Positions 3,737-5,613 of a DNA stretch of 5,613 bases are shown piece by piece; position 1 is the first letter of the stretch; every line of letters begins with the position of its first letter. The DNA is from a virus. A model generated the notes under the pieces. The model was not told the origin of the DNA. It ran no database searches and was given only the letters and a program-made list of their open reading frames with translations. The DNA lies in IMG/VR virus record IMGVR_UViG_3300045988_015716, one strand, 5' to 3'. Position numbers and translations under genes: made by a program.

Positions 3737-4615
3737 ATGGGACTCTTAGGAGCAATTGCAAGTGCAGTAATACCAAGCATTATTAACTACGGAGTAGGCA
3801 AATTATTTGGAAGTTCTAATACCTACGGACAAACAAGCAACCAAAACAGCCAAAGTAATGCAGGAAATTGGTCAAGCGGAGGAGGAATCAGCCAAGGCTA
3901 TGGCTACGGATGGAGCCAAGGCGGAACGAATGACGCAGTACAAAACCAAACATTACAAAACCAGTTTAACCGCAATTTAACGAGCATGGGCGCACAAGGC
4001 ATTGCAAATGCACTTGGAGCAGGTGCACAAATGCTGTATAATTACGGAATGGCAAACAAGCAAGCGGGGTTCAACGCAAGCCAAAACAAAATCGCAATGG
4101 ACTACAATTCCGCAGAAGCACAAAAAAACCGTGACTGGCAAGAAATGATGTCAAATACCGCATACCAGAGAGCAATGGCAGACATGAAAGCGGCAGGGCT
4201 TAACCCTATCTTAGCGGCAAATCTTGGAGGAGCAAGCACACCAGGAGGAGCAGTAGGAACAATCTCAGGTGCAAGCATGGGATTGCAGGGAGCAAGCGCC
4301 GCCAGCATCTCAGCGCTTGGCAATGGAGTACTGGGAAGTAACTACAACATGAGCCAAAACGAAAGCTGGAATATGAGCCAATGGCAGCAGATTTCAGAGG
4401 GATTTTCCAATATGATCTCAACTGGAAGCAGTACACCAACAAAGTTGAAAGGTGTAGTAAATGATGTCATTGACAGCGCCGCAAAAGGTGCACAAGGCGC
4501 AGGAAGACAGAAAAAAGGCGTAAAAAAAGCCGCAGAAAGAAGCACATCAACGGCCGGAGCACGCTTTGGAGAGGGCGCAACAAAGCCCGGCAAAAACGGA
4601 TATACAGGAGGATAA
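3737..4615 (+). CDS. VP2 minor capsid / DNA pilot protein, 292 aa
   Basis: The conserved block AEAQKNRDWQEMMSNTAYQRAMADMKAAGLNPILAA is typical of gokushovirus VP2. The N-terminus is a hydrophobic helix (GLLGAIASAVIPSIINYGVGKLFG), followed by a G/S/N/Q-rich region. It lies after VP1. Confidence 0.85.
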   Translation: MGLLGAIASAVIPSIINYGVGKLFGSSNTYGQTSNQNSQSNAGNWSSGGGISQGYGYGWSQGGTNDAVQNQTLQNQFNRNLTSMGAQGIANALGAGAQMLYNYGMANKQAGFNASQNKIAMDYNSAEAQKNRDWQEMMSNTAYQRAMADMKAAGLNPILAANLGGASTPGGAVGTISGASMGLQGASAASISALGNGVLGSNYNMSQNESWNMSQWQQISEGFSNMISTGSSTPTKLKGVVNDVIDSAAKGAQGAGRQKKGVKKAAERSTSTAGARFGEGATKPGKNGYTGG

Positions 4616-4618
4616 CAG

Positions 4619-5613
4619 ATGGGGTGCTATAAACCGTTAATTCGGTTTTATGTGCCCGACGATCCGGAAGCGTCTGGGCACATTTACACGCTCAGACGCT
4701 TTGCCGTTGAACGGGCAAAAAATCCTAAACTCACATACGAAGATTTAATTTACAGAAAAGACGTGATGTTGATCCCATGCGGGCAGTGTATTGGATGCAA
4801 AATCCAAAAACGGCAAGACTGGGCAACCCGCATTGAAATGGAGGCAAAAACATGGCCGAAAGAATCGGTCTGGTTTGTTACGCTGACTTACGACAATGAA
4901 CACATTCCCGGAGTAAATCACGAAACAGGCGAAGTAGTAAGGGGTGCAATGTATCTGAGACGCAAAAAGGAGCCTGAATTAGCCGTTAATCAAACACTCT
5001 GGTATGAAGACATTCAAAACTTCTTAAAACGTCTCAGAAAGGCTTACAGCGGCCAATTACGCTATTTCGTAGCTGGAGAGTACGGAGAAAGAACAGGAAG
5101 ACCACACTATCACATGATATTATTTGGTTACCAGCCGGAAAAACTTGAACCATACAGCAAAGTGAAGCCAGACGAATACATGGTTGATAGCAGAATAACA
5201 AGATGCTGGGGGTTAGGCATCCATAACCTCATCAATCCGACACAAGGCGGCTACAGCTATGTAGCAGGATACGTAACCAAAAAATTCGATGACGAGACAC
5301 TAGAACACATCAAAAACGGACTACAGCCACCATTCGCACAAATGAGCAGAAATCCGGGTCTTGGATATGAGTACTACCAAGAACACAAAGAAGAAATCTG
5401 GAAAAAAGGATACATCCAACTAGACAACGGAAAACGAGCCAGTATTCCTAGGTATTTCCAAGAAATGCAAAGAATAGAAGACCCTCGAGTACTTTGGGAG
5501 CTAAAAAAACAAAATCAGCAAAGGGCAATAGACAAAACAAAAGATATGCTTGGTAGGACAGACGTGCCATACGAAGACTATCTAAAAGCAAAAGAACAAG
5601 CAGTAAAAAAAAC
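4619..5613 (+). CDS. VP4 replication initiator (HUH rolling-circle endonuclease, phiX174 protein A-like). Partial in the window: it continues through the circular junction to base 104, for 339 aa in total
   Basis: SD AGGAGGA at 4606-4612 lies 6 nt before the ATG at 4619. My manual translation shows no stop up to 5613. Motifs found: PCGQCIGC (4775-4798), motif 1 FVTLTY (4874-4891), HUH motif HYH (5105-5113), and the double-tyrosine motif YVAGYVTKK (5258-5284; compare YVAKYVNK in phiX174 protein A). Confidence 0.93.
   Translation, partial: MGCYKPLIRFYVPDDPEASGHIYTLRRFAVERAKNPKLTYEDLIYRKDVMLIPCGQCIGCKIQKRQDWATRIEMEAKTWPKESVWFVTLTYDNEHIPGVNHETGEVVRGAMYLRRKKEPELAVNQTLWYEDIQNFLKRLRKAYSGQLRYFVAGEYGERTGRPHYHMILFGYQPEKLEPYSKVKPDEYMVDSRITRCWGLGIHNLINPTQGGYSYVAGYVTKKFDDETLEHIKNGLQPPFAQMSRNPGLGYEYYQEHKEEIWKKGYIQLDNGKRASIPRYFQEMQRIEDPRVLWELKKQNQQRAIDKTKDMLGRTDVPYEDYLKAKEQAVKK
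5535..5613. repeat. Terminal redundancy, right copy (identical to 1-79)
   Basis: See the left copy. The offset is 5,534 nt. Confidence 0.95.

Larger units (their letters stand above)
1..5534 (+). other. One complete circular genome unit of a Microviridae (gokushovirus-like) ssDNA phage, 5,534 nt
   Basis: Exact 79-nt terminal redundancy (1-79 = 5535-5613). VP1, VP2, VP3, VP4, VP5 and a VP8-like gene are all present on one strand in the circular order VP1-VP2-VP4-(insert)-VP5-VP3, which matches gokushovirus synteny. Genes are tightly packed or overlapping. Confidence 0.9.

Noticed and set aside
1201-4593. All other minus-strand ORFs in the track (1201-1425, 1257-1559, 1540-1848, 1710-1979, 1885-2115, 2144-2395, 2494-2685, 2682-2903, 2903-3352, 3353-3619, 4102-4323, 4206-4442, 4342-4593)
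   Set aside because: Each lies antisense to a well-supported + strand gene, lacks an SD, and has low-complexity Cys/Phe/Val-rich products. Microviridae express only one strand. They are best explained as shadows of the stop-poor antisense frame.
1-5613. Integrase, repressor, toxin-antitoxin or other defence/lysogeny genes
   Set aside because: No ORF has motifs suggestive of these functions. Apart from the weak dif-like half-sites, nothing supports a temperate lifestyle or a cellular (non-viral) origin for the window.

Overview
This window is a complete, circularly permuted genome of a small ssDNA phage of the family Microviridae, with a gokushovirus-like gene set and synteny. Bases 1-79 are identical to 5535-5613, so the genome unit is 5,534 nt. 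The replication-initiator gene (VP4) runs off the right edge and closes at base 104, which is why the ORF track has no entry for it. All supported genes are on the + strand, and each is preceded by an AGGAGG-type Shine-Dalgarno (SD) sequence. Gene order is VP4 (HUH replication initiator), a 363-nt noncoding region, an M15-family zinc peptidase, orf35, orf73, a 39-aa VP8/J-like basic protein, VP5, VP3 (scaffold), VP1 (major capsid), VP2 (pilot), then back to VP4. The core genes are ordinary for the family. Three things look unusual. (1) The large intergenic region has origin-like architecture: ten same-orientation copies of (T)GTTGAAA in three clusters, a pure A/T tract, and an 11-bp hairpin whose 3' arm reads CAACTTTATGTTGAAAAC, matching 14 of the first 18 positions of the phiX174 origin as I recall it. 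(2) An accessory block about 730 nt long (468-1197) lies between the intergenic region and the core VP8/VP5 genes; with the 363-nt intergenic region it separates VP4 from VP8/VP5 by about 1.1 kb. It encodes a peptidoglycan peptidase with no visible holin or signal sequence, plus two small helical ORFans. (3) Several RNA/DNA structure signals stand out: a near-consensus sigma70 promoter embedded in a 34-bp palindrome, and a GNRA-capped hairpin between the VP2 SD and its start codon. All family assignments rest on motif recognition by eye, since no searches could be run.
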